Origin: Scyliorhinus canicula
Taxonomy: Eukaryota
Assembly: GCF_902713615.1 (NCBI RefSeq)
Contig: NC_052154.1
Location: 91,767,030-91,831,029 of the forward strand
Reading direction: 5' to 3'
Length of the DNA stretch: 64,000 nt
Under the pieces are notes generated by a model, which saw only the letters and a program-made list of their open reading frames with translations, was not told where the DNA came from and made no database searches. This document shows, piece by piece, positions 63,793-64,000 of this stretch. Positions within the stretch are counted from its first letter, which is position 1, and each line of letters starts with the position of its first letter. A program made the position numbers and the translations under genes.

Positions 63793-64000
63793 CCTTCTGC
63801 ACATGAGGATATGTGTACGAAATATCAATCAACTGACTCTTCCAACCCGGAAATCCTTCCGTGTTTTGATTTTCGTATAGCCCCAAGAGCTTATGGCCTT
63901 TTCCAAATGATGACTCATCAACGTATTGATAGAAATCCCTATAGAATTATTAACTTTCATGAAGAAGGATACCTCTGCGCCTCTATGGCAATTGTAGTGC

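Larger units (their letters stand above)
54469..64000 (+). mobile_element. Endogenous foamy(spuma)-like retrovirus provirus; 3' LTR lies outside the window
   Basis: LTR-PBS-gag-pol-env order; pol and env peptides align by eye to spumavirus Pol and Env motifs; many stops and frameshifts; three SINE insertions. Confidence 0.88.

Noticed and set aside
1-64000. CRISPR arrays, rRNA or prokaryotic operons
   Set aside because: None seen; the window is eukaryotic, intron-containing, retroelement-rich DNA.

Overview
Repeat-dense vertebrate genomic DNA, very probably from a shark. The species is inferred from HE1-type V-SINEs, SacSINE1-like Deu-SINEs and CR1, L1, RTE, Rex and Penelope content. Two things stand out. 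(1) Minus-strand immunoglobulin-superfamily receptor genes in tandem. At 1959-2519 are a leader exon and a germline-joined VJ-type (NCR3/NKp30-like) V exon of a gene that runs off the left edge. A second gene can be spliced by hand from five exons (46912-47193 C1-set, 38631-38744 uncharged TM, 38113-38156, 33571-33669, 33284-33430). It encodes a C1-TM-cytoplasmic protein with three canonical ITIMs plus one ITIM-like motif; its V and leader exons were not found in the window. (2) A decayed but nearly complete foamy (spuma)-like endogenous provirus on the plus strand from 54469 to the right edge. It has a 1.28-kb 5' LTR (TGTGA...TCACA), a Lys-type PBS, a gag remnant, PR-RT(YVDD)-RH-IN pol and a foamy-type env. 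After env lies a candidate accessory ORF that reopens when a SINE is removed. The window also holds a gamma-type env TM fragment with its 3' LTR (23797-24740), two solo LTRs, Penelope-derived hammerhead-ribozyme relics and many nested LINEs and SINEs. Most short ORFs in the track are incidental translations of repeats. Repeat boundaries are approximate; exon, LTR and motif boundaries were read base by base.
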